Shown: piece after piece, positions 8,218 to 16,546 of the stretch | Layout: each line of letters starts with the position of its first letter | Position numbering within the stretch: the stretch's first letter is position 1 | Notes under the pieces: generated by a model | What the model was told of the DNA's origin: nothing | Databases searched by the model: none | What the model saw: only the letters and a program-made list of their open reading frames with translations | Origin: Chloroflexi bacterium UBA5189 | GTDB taxonomy: Bacteria > Chloroflexota > Limnocylindria > Limnocylindrales > CSP1-4 | Reading direction: 5' to 3' | Length of the DNA stretch: 64,000 nucleotides | Assembly: GCA_002413045.1 (NCBI GenBank) | Contig: DHWF01000027.1 | Coordinates: 41,413 to 105,412 of the forward strand | Position numbers and translations under genes: made by a program

Positions 8218-8691
8218 ATGGGCGAACCGGCACTGACCCTGACCTACAAGTGCACGATCGACGGGATCATCCCGCTCGGGATGTGGAGCAAGATCGAGGG
8301 TCTTGGCTTCTCGCACGAGGTGACCAAGTACCGCGAGGGCGGGGTCAACGGCTACATGCACAACATCATCGGCCCGGTGACCTACGACAACGTGCGCCTG
8401 TCGCGGCCGGTGGACTCGGATTCCATGCTCATCTCCATCTGGCTCGCCGCGAACCTAATCAAGATCGTCCCGCAGACGATGTCGATCACCGCGCTCGACT
8501 CGGCCGGCAAGGAGATCACCACCTGGAACCTGGCAGGGGTCGTCCCGGTGAAGTGGCAGGGCCCATCGCTGGACATCTTCGGCAACCAGGTCGCGATGGA
8601 AACGCTCGAGATCGCCTACTCGGAGATCATCGGGCTCGGCGGGCTCGGGGCGGCGCTGGCCGGCGCCGTCACGATCTCCGGCGGGTTCTAG
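8218..8691 (+). CDS. second tail tube-family protein (Afp5-like)
   Basis: 157 aa. The pattern TYKCTIDGI..GMWSKIEGLGFSHEVTKYREGG....GPVTYDNVRLSRP is the gp19-like tube fold signature, paralogous to 5000..5434. Confidence 0.85.
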   Translation: MGEPALTLTYKCTIDGIIPLGMWSKIEGLGFSHEVTKYREGGVNGYMHNIIGPVTYDNVRLSRPVDSDSMLISIWLAANLIKIVPQTMSITALDSAGKEITTWNLAGVVPVKWQGPSLDIFGNQVAMETLEIAYSEIIGLGGLGAALAGAVTISGGF

Positions 8692-8700
8692 GAGCCATCG

Positions 8701-9483
8701 ATGGATCTTGCCGCCGGCGCCGCCGGAACCGTTGCGGGCCTCCTCCTGCACGGGAAGGCCAAGCTCGTCCGCACCGACAAGCAGGGCGGCGGTGGAGGCG
8801 GCGGCCTCGGCGCGGCGGTGCTCAATGCGGCGGCCTCAGCCGTCGGCCTCGGCGCGGGCGACGACGACGACGAGATGACGTTCATGTTCAACCCCACCGA
8901 GTACCACATCTCGCAGGGCGTCAACTTCAACAGCCCGGATCGACGCGCCACGGGTGGCCCGGCACTCCTGGCGGAATACCTCGGCACGCGGTCGATGACC
9001 GTCACGATGCAGCTGTTCTTCGACGACTTCGCCTCGGCCAAGGGCGACGTCACGCCGAAGATCAGCAAGCTCCTCAAGTGGCAGCAGCCGCAGAACGAGG
9101 ACGGCAAGCCTCCGCCGCTGGTGAAGTTCCAGTGGGGCAACAAGCAGCTCGAGAACTTCAAGGGGATGATCACCGAGCTGGGCATCAACTACACGGTCTT
9201 TGCCAAGGACGGCACGCCCCTCCAGGCGAAGGTGGACCTGACCATCGTGGGAGCCGATGACGTCAAGAAAGGCGGCAACCCCACCTCGCACGCGATCGAC
9301 ATGCGTCGGGTGCATACCGTCGTCGAGGGCGAGACCATCGCGTCCGTCGCCTTCGACGAGCTCGGGGACCCGAACTACTGGCGTGCGATCGCCGACGTCA
9401 ACGACATCGACGATCCGCTGCGCGTCCGGCCCGGCGCCGCCCTCGTCATCCCCAGCGCCGCCGACGCGGCGCGGATGGCCTAG
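8701..9483 (+). CDS. LysM-domain tube-initiator/baseplate hub protein (Afp7 / P2 gpX-like)
   Basis: 260 aa with a central FMFNPTEYHISQG tube-like core. The C-terminal LysM is HTVVEGETIASVAFDELGDPNYWRAIADVNDIDDPLRVRPGAALVIP. Confidence 0.8.
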   Translation: MDLAAGAAGTVAGLLLHGKAKLVRTDKQGGGGGGGLGAAVLNAAASAVGLGAGDDDDEMTFMFNPTEYHISQGVNFNSPDRRATGGPALLAEYLGTRSMTVTMQLFFDDFASAKGDVTPKISKLLKWQQPQNEDGKPPPLVKFQWGNKQLENFKGMITELGINYTVFAKDGTPLQAKVDLTIVGADDVKKGGNPTSHAIDMRRVHTVVEGETIASVAFDELGDPNYWRAIADVNDIDDPLRVRPGAALVIPSAADAARMA

Positions 9484-9492
9484 GCGATCGAT

Positions 9493-11307
9493 ATGGTCGA
9501 CTCGCTCGTCAGCGCGGCCGCGGGCGCCCTCGGCCTAGGCGGCGATGGCGGCGCCACGGATCCGGGTCTGCCACCGGTCACCAAGCGGACCATCTCCGTG
9601 GACGGCACGGAGCTCAAGCCCGAGATCGACAAGCAGATCGCGTGGGTGACCGTCATCGATCGCCTGCGCATGCCCGACTCATTCGTGATCGTGTTCCGGG
9701 ATCCCACCAGCGGAATTCTGGACGACGCCCACATGAAAATCGGGTCCGTCGTCAAGATCGAGACCTCGGCGCCGGGCAAGGCCAAGTCGGATAGCCTCAT
9801 GACGGGCGAGATCACCTCGATCGAGGTCGAGTACGACGCGCTTGGCGCACGGGCGGTCGTGCGCGGCTACGACAAGCTCCATCGCTTGTCCGCAGGCAAG
9901 AAGACGAAGACCTGGGACAACGTCACGTACGCCGACGTGGCCCAGCAGATCCTGGCCGCCGCCGGGCTCACCCCGTCCGTCAGCAGCACCGGCAAGATCC
10001 AGGACCACGTGATCCAGGGCAACCTGACCGACCTCGAATTCCTGTACGAGCTCGCGCACAAGGTGGGTTACGACCTCGACATCGACGATGACAAGGTGTC
10101 GTTCAAGGATCCGGCGAGCGCGAGCTCTGCGCCTGCGCGCGGCACGTTCACGAGCAACGACGCGAAGCAGCTCGTGTGGGGCAAGAACCTGACCGAGTTC
10201 CGCGCCCGAGTCAGTGCTGTCGCCCAGGTCCCGGACGTCAAGGTCCTCGGCTGGGACGTCAAGAAGAAGCAGCCAGTCGTTGGCAAGGCACGAGCGAAGA
10301 CCGACACCGCCTCACTCGACCTGACCCCGAAGCAGCTTGCCGACAAGGTCGGCGGCTCGACGATGTACGTGACGGATCGGCCGGTCGTGGACCAGGCCGC
10401 GGCGGACGACCTGGCCGCGGCCTACGCCGACCAGGTTGCCAGCGCGGCGTTCGAGGCGACAGCCATCGCGATCGGGTCACCGCAGCTCAAGGCAGGTGTC
10501 CCCGTCTCTGTCTCGAGGGTCGACAAGAATCTCGCCGGCGACTGGGTGATCAGCTCGGCCCGCCACGAGTTCGGCGGCGGGGCGTATCGGACGCATCTCG
10601 AATTCACCGGTCGCCAGGACCGCTCGCTGCACGGGCTCGTGGCAGGTGGCCTCACGGTACCCGCGAACCGCACCCGGATCTACGGCGTCGTGGTCGGGCT
10701 GGTCACGGACAACAAGGATCCGGACGACAACGGTCGTGTGAAGGTCAAGTACCCGTGGCTCGGCGAGGACGCGGTGTCCTACTGGGCGCGCCTCGCGCGC
10801 CCGTCGGCCGGCAAGGACTACGGCTTCGTCTGGATCCCGGAGGTCGACGAGGAGGTCGTGGTCGCGTTCGAGCACGGCGACATCAACTTCCCGCTGGTCG
10901 TCGGCTCGCTCTGGAACGGCAAGGACAAGATGCCGTCCAAGCTCGTCAGCGGCGCCAGCGACAACGGCAGCATCACCCGCCACGCGCTCATCTCGCCAGG
11001 CGGCCACTCGATCGTGTTCTACGACAAGGACGACGACGCCGGCATCCAGATCACGACCAAGGACAAGAAGTATCGGATCGTCCTTGGCTCGTCAGAGAAG
11101 AAGATGGTCATCTACGCCGAGGGCGACGTCCGGCTGGAGACCAAGGGCAAGCTGGACATGAAAGTCGAAAAGGACTTCTCGCTCGCCGTCAATGGCGCCG
11201 TCAAGATCGAGGCCCAGAAGTCGCTCGACATCAAGGCCAGCTCGAGCATGAACATCGAGTCGAAGGCGCAAGTGACCCTCAAGGGCTCGAAGGTGGGGGT
11301 CAACTGA
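9493..11307 (+). CDS. VgrG / phage late control gpD-like spike protein
   Basis: 604 aa. It has a gpD-like N-terminal half and the gp5-OB motif VVGLVTDNKDPDDNGRVKVKYPWL. The C-terminus is a beta-helix-like repeat region (KLDMKVEKDFSLAVNGAVKIEAQKSLDIKASSSMNIESKAQVTLKG). Confidence 0.9.
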   Translation: MVDSLVSAAAGALGLGGDGGATDPGLPPVTKRTISVDGTELKPEIDKQIAWVTVIDRLRMPDSFVIVFRDPTSGILDDAHMKIGSVVKIETSAPGKAKSDSLMTGEITSIEVEYDALGARAVVRGYDKLHRLSAGKKTKTWDNVTYADVAQQILAAAGLTPSVSSTGKIQDHVIQGNLTDLEFLYELAHKVGYDLDIDDDKVSFKDPASASSAPARGTFTSNDAKQLVWGKNLTEFRARVSAVAQVPDVKVLGWDVKKKQPVVGKARAKTDTASLDLTPKQLADKVGGSTMYVTDRPVVDQAAADDLAAAYADQVASAAFEATAIAIGSPQLKAGVPVSVSRVDKNLAGDWVISSARHEFGGGAYRTHLEFTGRQDRSLHGLVAGGLTVPANRTRIYGVVVGLVTDNKDPDDNGRVKVKYPWLGEDAVSYWARLARPSAGKDYGFVWIPEVDEEVVVAFEHGDINFPLVVGSLWNGKDKMPSKLVSGASDNGSITRHALISPGGHSIVFYDKDDDAGIQITTKDKKYRIVLGSSEKKMVIYAEGDVRLETKGKLDMKVEKDFSLAVNGAVKIEAQKSLDIKASSSMNIESKAQVTLKGSKVGVN

Positions 11308-11699
11308 TGGCCGACTTCATCGGCCGCGGCTGGGCCTTCCCGATCCGGACCGATACGAACGGGGGCATTGCCCTCGTCGCACGCGAACGCGAGATCGCCG
11401 AGGCGATCACGGTGATCCTCTCGACCGCCCCGGGCGAGCGCCCGATGCGCCCTGAGTTCGGCTGCCGGATTCACGACTATGTGTTCAGCCCTGCCGACAG
11501 CTCGACCGCCGCGGCGATCTCGTCGGAGGTCACCCGGGCATTGACGATGTGGGAGCACCGGATCGATGTCGACAACGTCGGGGTGCTGTTCACCGCCGAG
11601 GACCCGTCCGTGTTCTACATCGACATCGCCTACCACATGAAGCGGACGAACGACCGATACAACCTCGTCTTCCCGTTCTACGTGATCCCCGGCGAGTGA
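11307..11699 (+). CDS. baseplate wedge protein gp25 / GPW-like (Afp9)
   Basis: ATG at 11307 overlaps the VgrG stop (TGATG). The translation MADFIGRGWAFPIRTD...EAITVILSTAPGERPMRPEFGCRIHDYVF is the canonical GPW/gp25 motif. The ORF track buries it in the longer 10176..11699 frame. Confidence 0.9.
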   Translation: MADFIGRGWAFPIRTDTNGGIALVAREREIAEAITVILSTAPGERPMRPEFGCRIHDYVFSPADSSTAAAISSEVTRALTMWEHRIDVDNVGVLFTAEDPSVFYIDIAYHMKRTNDRYNLVFPFYVIPGE

Positions 11700-11709
11700 G
11701 GAGCTGACG

Positions 11710-13692
11710 ATGGCGCTGCCCGTGCCCAACCTTGATGACCGACGCTTCCAGGACCTCGTTGACGAGGCGAAGCGGCTGGTCCAGCAGCGCTGTCCCGAGT
11801 GGACCGACCACAATGTCTCCGACCCCGGCGTCACGCTGATCGAGACGTTCGCCTGGATGACCGATCAGCTGATCTATCGGCTCAATCGCGTGCCGGAGCG
11901 GAACTACATCAAGTTCCTCGAGCTCATCGGGGTGACCCTCTTCCCGCCCACGTCGGCCAGGACGGACGTCACGTTCTGGCTCACCGGACCGCAGCCGGAC
12001 GTTGTCAAGATCCCCGCCGCCACCCAGGTAGCGACCGTCCGGACAGAATCCGAGGACGCGATCGAGTTCGCGACGGGCGAGGAGCTGGCGATCATCCCGG
12101 CGACCCTGATCGAGCTCGGGTCGATGGCGAAGGGCAAGTCGACGTACCGCGACATGCTGCCGCAGGTCGAGCTTGGCCGGGATGCCTTCTGCTTCCAGGA
12201 GCGACCACAGCTTGGCGACGCGCTGATGATCGGCCTCTCGAAGGCCGTGCCGTCGAACGCGATCCGCCTCCGCTTCAAATGCGACATCGAGGGCGTCGGC
12301 GTGAACCCGGATCATCCGCCCCTCAAGTGGGAGGCGTGGAACGGCGACGAGTGGATCGGGTGCGAGCAGGATTCGGACTCGACCGGCGGCCTCAACCGCG
12401 ATGGCGACGTCGTGATCCACGTCCCGCGCGGCCATGTCGCGCACTCGATCGGCACACGACTCGCTGCGTGGGTTCGCGCGCGCGTGGTGGAGCCCGAGCC
12501 GGGCATGTTCGGCTACGAAGCCTCGCCGACGGTCAACGCCGCGAGCTCGATCACGGTCGGCGGCACCGCCGCCGCGGTCAATGCGTATGTCGTCCGGAAC
12601 GAGGACCTCGGCGTCTCGGAGGGCACGCCCGGGCAGCGCTTCGAGGTGCGCGAGAAGCCGGTCCTGTCCACCGACGAGCCGGCGAAGCTTGCCGTCTCCG
12701 GCGGGACCGGGACCGATGGCGCCCCGATCTGGGAAACCTGGACCCAGGTCGAGGACTTCGCGGCAAGCGGCCCTGGCGACAAGCACTTCGTGATCGACGG
12801 GACGACGGGTGAGATCCGGTTCGGGCCTGCGATTCGGCAGCAGGATGGCACCTTGCGCCTGTACGGCGCGACGCCGGGCAAGGATCGCTTCATCCGAATG
12901 CTGGAGTACCGCACCGGCGGCGGGGCGCGCGGCAACGTCGCGGCGCACGCGCTCCAGGTGCTCAAGTCGGGCATCGCGGTCGTCTCGACCGTCGAGAACC
13001 GACGCGACGCGCGCGGCGGCATCAACGGCGAGGACATCGAAAACGCCAAGGTCCGTGGTCCGATCCGGCTCCGCACGCGCGGGCGAGCTGTCACCACGGA
13101 GGACTTCGAGCATCTCGCCCGTGAGGCTGCCCCGAACGTCGGCCGGGTTCGGGCGGTCGCTGCCGGTGACGGGGCGCTGGCCGGCGCGGTCCGCGTCCTC
13201 GTGGTGCCATCGCTCCCGAGCGCCGAGGGGCGTATCAAGTTCGAGCAGCTCGTCCCCGAGGCAACCCTCCTCGAGGCGATCACCCAACGGCTCGAGGACT
13301 GCCGCGTGATCGGCACCCGGATCAGCGTCGAGCCGCCGGGCTATCGCGGCGTCACCGTCGAGGCGACCGTGCGGCCGTCGGCCGGGGCCAACGCGAACCG
13401 CCTCAAGGCCGACGCCGAGCGGGCGCTGTACGAGTACTTCCACCCCATCACGGGCGGCCCGGACGGGAATGGCTGGCCGTTCGGCCGGCCGGTCACGATC
13501 GGCGAGATCTACTCGGTCCTCCAGCGCGTGCCTGGGGCCGAGGTCGTGGACACCGTGAACCTGTTCGGCACGAACGCGGAGACCGGCGAGAGCAAGGAGG
13601 CCACCCAGCGCCTCGAGCTGAAGCCGAACGTGCTCGTGTTCAGCGTCGGCCACGCGGTCACCGTGCCCGGCGCCAACTCGGCGATCGCCTGA
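11710..13692 (+). CDS. baseplate J-like protein (Afp11)
   Basis: 660 aa. The N-terminus LDDRRFQDLVDEAKRLVQQRCPEWTDHNVSDPGVTLIETFAWMTDQLIYRLNRVPERNYIKFLELIGV is typical of CIS baseplate J proteins. Confidence 0.9.
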   Translation: MALPVPNLDDRRFQDLVDEAKRLVQQRCPEWTDHNVSDPGVTLIETFAWMTDQLIYRLNRVPERNYIKFLELIGVTLFPPTSARTDVTFWLTGPQPDVVKIPAATQVATVRTESEDAIEFATGEELAIIPATLIELGSMAKGKSTYRDMLPQVELGRDAFCFQERPQLGDALMIGLSKAVPSNAIRLRFKCDIEGVGVNPDHPPLKWEAWNGDEWIGCEQDSDSTGGLNRDGDVVIHVPRGHVAHSIGTRLAAWVRARVVEPEPGMFGYEASPTVNAASSITVGGTAAAVNAYVVRNEDLGVSEGTPGQRFEVREKPVLSTDEPAKLAVSGGTGTDGAPIWETWTQVEDFAASGPGDKHFVIDGTTGEIRFGPAIRQQDGTLRLYGATPGKDRFIRMLEYRTGGGARGNVAAHALQVLKSGIAVVSTVENRRDARGGINGEDIENAKVRGPIRLRTRGRAVTTEDFEHLAREAAPNVGRVRAVAAGDGALAGAVRVLVVPSLPSAEGRIKFEQLVPEATLLEAITQRLEDCRVIGTRISVEPPGYRGVTVEATVRPSAGANANRLKADAERALYEYFHPITGGPDGNGWPFGRPVTIGEIYSVLQRVPGAEVVDTVNLFGTNAETGESKEATQRLELKPNVLVFSVGHAVTVPGANSAIA

Positions 13693-14525
13693 TGCGAGGC
13701 GGCCTCGCGGTCGACGATCCGGCCGGCCTCGCCGACGAGCCGGGCGCGTACACGCTCGTCAACCCGCACCCGCTCGCGGAGACGCTCCCGGGCGTGTACC
13801 GCGATGTCTGGACGGACGAGTACCGCCGCACGGCGCGCGAGCCGTTCGGGACGCGCTTCATCTCGGCGCTCGACGATGTCCTGGCGCCGGTGCTCGCGAC
13901 GCTCGACAGCTTCGAGGGCTACCTCGACCCAACGACGACGTCGGAGGACTTCCTGGCCTGGCTCGGCGAGTGGGTCGCCGCATCGGTTGACGCCGGGTGG
14001 AGCGAGGATCGGCGACGCGCCTTCGTGGCGAAGGCCGCCGAGCTGTATCGGCGCCGAGGCACTGCGGCGGGGCTCCACGATCACGTCCAGATCCACACCG
14101 GCGGCACCGTCGAGATCGTCGAGAACGGGGCCAGTAGCTGGTCGGCGAAGCCAGAGGGAAAGCTCCCGGGCAGCCCGGAGCCGGTCGTCGTGGTTCGGGT
14201 CGTCGTCGACGATCCGGATTCGATCGACAGGACCAAGCTCGAGGCGATCGTCCACGCATCGAAGCCGGCCCACGTCGTCCATCGAGTCGAGGTGGTTGCG
14301 ACTGCCAAGCGGACGAGCGGCAAGGCCAAGCCCGGTACGGCGCAGGACGCCGCCGCCGCGGCAACCGAGGCCGTCGCCGAGGCTGCGGTCACGACCGAGC
14401 CGACGCCGACGCCCGCCGCGGAGCCGACCTCGACGCCCGCCGAGGAGCCGCCGGTAAAGTCCGAGGCAGCCCCGAAGAAGGAAGCCCCGCCGAAGCCCGC
14501 CGACGATCCCGATCCGGCGACCTGA
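13692..14525 (+). CDS. phage tail protein I-like baseplate protein (Afp12) with Pro/Glu/Ala-rich C-terminal tail
   Basis: The ATG overlaps the gpJ stop. The motifs LPGVYRD...FISALDDVLAPV...FLAWLGEWVA...RRAFVAKAAELYRRRGTAAGL match the gpI-like tail protein family. The last ~70 aa are a disordered PT/AE-rich tail. Confidence 0.8.
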   Translation: MRGGLAVDDPAGLADEPGAYTLVNPHPLAETLPGVYRDVWTDEYRRTAREPFGTRFISALDDVLAPVLATLDSFEGYLDPTTTSEDFLAWLGEWVAASVDAGWSEDRRRAFVAKAAELYRRRGTAAGLHDHVQIHTGGTVEIVENGASSWSAKPEGKLPGSPEPVVVVRVVVDDPDSIDRTKLEAIVHASKPAHVVHRVEVVATAKRTSGKAKPGTAQDAAAAATEAVAEAAVTTEPTPTPAAEPTSTPAEEPPVKSEAAPKKEAPPKPADDPDPAT

Positions 14526-14589
14526 CCGGCCCCTGTAGCATGACGCCCGGCGAGCGGGCCCAGACGGGCAGCCGCAGGGAGGGACACGC

Positions 14590-16518
14590 GTGATCCGCTG
14601 CAAGGTCTGCGGCACGATCAACGACGCATCGGTCGTCTTCTGCGGCGGATGCGGCAACTTCCTGCCCGACACCGGCGAGCCATACGACCCGGACGCCGAG
14701 AAGGCCAAGGTCGCGGCCGAGAAGGCGGAGGCCGATCGGGTCGCCGCGGAAAAGGCCGCTGCCGAGAAGGCGGCTGCAGCGAAAGCTGCCGCGGACAAGG
14801 CTGCCGCCGAGAAGGCCGAGGACGATCGCGTTGCGGCCGAGCAGGCCGCCGAACGGGCCGCCGCGGAGAAGGCCGAAGCCGAACGGATCGCGGCAGAGAA
14901 GGCAGCGACCGAGAAGGCGGCCGCCGAAAAGGCCGCTGCCGCGAAGGCCGAAGCGGACCGGCTGGCCGCCGAGCAGGCAGCTGCCGCGAAGGCTGCTGCC
15001 GAGCAGGCCGCCGCAGAGCACGCCGAAGCCGACCGCTTGGCTGCCGAGAAGGCCGCTGCCGAGCAGGCCGCCGCGGAGCAAGCGGAGGCCGACCGCCAGG
15101 CCGCCGAGAAGGCCGCTGCCGAGAAGGCCGCCACGGAGCAGGCCGAGGCAGAACGGGTCGCGGCCGACAAGAAAGCGGTCGAGAAGGCGGAGGCGGCCAA
15201 GGCGAGTGCCGCGCAGTCGAACGCAGCAGCGATCGCGGCCGAGCAGGCTGCGGCAGAGGAGGCCGAGGATCAGCGCGCCGCCGCCGAGAAAGCCGCCGCC
15301 GAGGATGCCGCCGCGAAGCAGGCCGCGGCTGAAAAGGCCGCTGCGGACAAGGCCGCAGCCGAGCAGGCCTCGGCTGAAAGGACCGCGGCGGACAAGGCGG
15401 CTGCGGAACGTGCGGCCGCGGAACAGGCCGCCGCTGAACAAGCAAAGGCAGAAGCGGAGGCCGCAGCGCAGGCGGCGGCAGACAAGGCTGCGGCTGAAAA
15501 GGCCGCTGCTGAGAAGGCAGTCGCGGAGCAGGCCGCCGCGGACAAGGCGGCTGCCGACAAGGCCGCCGCTGATGCCGCCGCCGCCGAGCAGGCAGAGCGA
15601 GATCGACTCGCCGCCGAAGAGGCCGAGGAAGAGCGCGTCGCTGCCGAGCGTGCCGCTGCCCAGCTCGCCGCGATCGAGGCCGCCGAGCAAGAGCGCCTTG
15701 CCCAGGAGCAGGCGGATGCCGACCGACTCGCCGCGGAACAGGAGGAAGCCGAGCAGGCCGCCGCGGAAAAGGCGGAGGCGGACCGCCAGGCGGCGGCCCA
15801 GGCGAAGGTCGGCCAGAGCGCGCGAGAGCTGGCCGCCGCCGAAGCCGCCGAGCGCGCCGCGGTGGCGAAGGCGTATGCCGACCAGCAGGCGGCCGAGGAA
15901 GCCGCGGCAGAGAAGGCGGAGGCGGACCGGATCGCGGCCGAACAGGCGGCCGCGGAGCAGGCGGCTGCGGAGCAGGCGGCTGCGGAGGCCGAGGCCCAGC
16001 GGCAGGCCCGCATCGAGGCTCGCCGGAAGGAAAAGGAGGCCGAGCGGGCCGCCGCGCAGAAGGCCGCCCTGGTGGCGTACCGGGCGACCCTGCGGGCCGC
16101 CGTCGCGAAGGACCGCGCCGGGGAGGTCGGGGCCACCGGCGGGGCGGCTGTCACCGACACTCCCGAGGCGCCAACCGAGACGCCCGACGACGGGGGTCTC
16201 GGCAGCATCGCCGCGGCGGCGACCGACGACGACGAGATCGCGGTGCCCGGCGTTTCGAAGCCGAAGCCGCCGCCCGAGCCGGCGGTCGAGCAGATGCGGA
16301 TCTGCCCGAACTGCGGCACGGCGAACCGAGCCGACCGCAAGTTCTGCATGAAGTGCGGCCATCCCATGCCGGAGGGCGAGGTCGTGCCGCCGGTGATCTG
16401 CACGAATTGCGGCACGCCGAACAGCTCGACGCGGCGGTTCTGCATGAAGTGCGGCTCGAGCCTCGTCGACGCGCCGCCGCCCGATCCGGACGCCAGCCCG
16501 TGGTGGAAACGCTCCTGA
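14590..16518 (+). CDS. zinc-ribbon / ~450-aa Ala-Glu-Lys helical repeat / double zinc-ribbon protein (unknown function, CIS fibre/tape-measure slot)
   Basis: 642 aa. GTG start with RBS GGGAGGGA. The N-terminus is MIRCKVCGTINDASVVFCGGCG (C-x2-C-x10-C-x2-C). The centre is AAEKA-type pentad repeats compositionally like TolA domain II. The C-terminus has ICPNCGTANRADRKFCMKCG and ICTNCGTPNSSTRRFCMKCG. No signal peptide or TM segment is visible. Confidence 0.85.
   Translation: MIRCKVCGTINDASVVFCGGCGNFLPDTGEPYDPDAEKAKVAAEKAEADRVAAEKAAAEKAAAAKAAADKAAAEKAEDDRVAAEQAAERAAAEKAEAERIAAEKAATEKAAAEKAAAAKAEADRLAAEQAAAAKAAAEQAAAEHAEADRLAAEKAAAEQAAAEQAEADRQAAEKAAAEKAATEQAEAERVAADKKAVEKAEAAKASAAQSNAAAIAAEQAAAEEAEDQRAAAEKAAAEDAAAKQAAAEKAAADKAAAEQASAERTAADKAAAERAAAEQAAAEQAKAEAEAAAQAAADKAAAEKAAAEKAVAEQAAADKAAADKAAADAAAAEQAERDRLAAEEAEEERVAAERAAAQLAAIEAAEQERLAQEQADADRLAAEQEEAEQAAAEKAEADRQAAAQAKVGQSARELAAAEAAERAAVAKAYADQQAAEEAAAEKAEADRIAAEQAAAEQAAAEQAAAEAEAQRQARIEARRKEKEAERAAAQKAALVAYRATLRAAVAKDRAGEVGATGGAAVTDTPEAPTETPDDGGLGSIAAAATDDDEIAVPGVSKPKPPPEPAVEQMRICPNCGTANRADRKFCMKCGHPMPEGEVVPPVICTNCGTPNSSTRRFCMKCGSSLVDAPPPDPDASPWWKRS
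14722..16074 (+). repeat. intragenic degenerate tandem repeat (about 15-nt period, GCC-GCC-GAG-AAG-GCC type) encoding the Ala/Glu/Lys helix
   Basis: Repeated gccgccgagaaggccgctgcc / gccgccgagcaggccgcc units are visible across about 1.35 kb. They are in frame with the CDS. Boundaries are approximate. Confidence 0.75.
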
Positions 16519-16527
16519 GGCGTTCCT

Positions 16528-16546
16528 GCTCGCCGAACCGGCGAGC
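16528..16546. terminator. 8-bp GC-rich hairpin between convergent genes (weak terminator candidate)
   Basis: GCTCGCCG-AAC-CGGCGAGC lies in the 27-nt gap between the 16518 (+) and 16546 (-) gene ends. There is no U-tract on either side, so function is uncertain. Confidence 0.3.

Noticed and set aside
6472-8361. 629-aa minus-strand ORF (plus 5789..7330, 7074..7592 and 7436..8092) opposite the Ala/Pro/Ser-rich gene
   Set aside because: Both strands give low-complexity products. Only the plus frame is tightly packed in the operon (6-nt and 8-nt junctions), has high GC3 and ends in a conserved-looking helix. The minus ORF would run against the whole CIS operon and overlap the next tube gene.
11590-13653. 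687-aa minus-strand ORF opposite the baseplate J gene, and similar long antisense ORFs (25460..27283 +, 30766..32925 -, 44954..47305 +, 47701..48987 +, 53159..54700 +, 58798..59715 +)
   Set aside because: These are Arg/Gly/Asp/Pro-rich junk translations without motifs. Each lies opposite a gene with unambiguous family signatures.
3426-14525. Interpretation as a T6SS or as a prophage/R-type tailocin tail module
   Set aside because: The sheath is a single polypeptide. There is no TssJLM, TssA, ClpV or Hcp-type context. The DUF4255 plus Afp15-like ATPase pair and the gpJ/gpI baseplate point to an eCIS-type system. No head, packaging, lysis, integrase or repressor genes lie within 20 kb on the right side. 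The left flank is not visible.
14700-16100. Periodic repeat array that could be mistaken for a CRISPR array or a non-coding satellite
   Set aside because: The period is about 15 nt, degenerate and continuous, with no unique spacers. It is entirely in frame within a CDS, and no cas genes are nearby.
14389-16445. Very long ORFs in several frames over the Ala/Glu/Lys repeat (14389..16362 -, 15270..16445 -, 14831..16351 +, 13509..15200 -)
   Set aside because: A GCC/GAG/AAG-type tandem repeat lacks stops in most frames. Only the 14590..16518 frame links the three zinc ribbons and has an RBS. The others translate to Arg/Pro/Ser or Ala/Ser runs.
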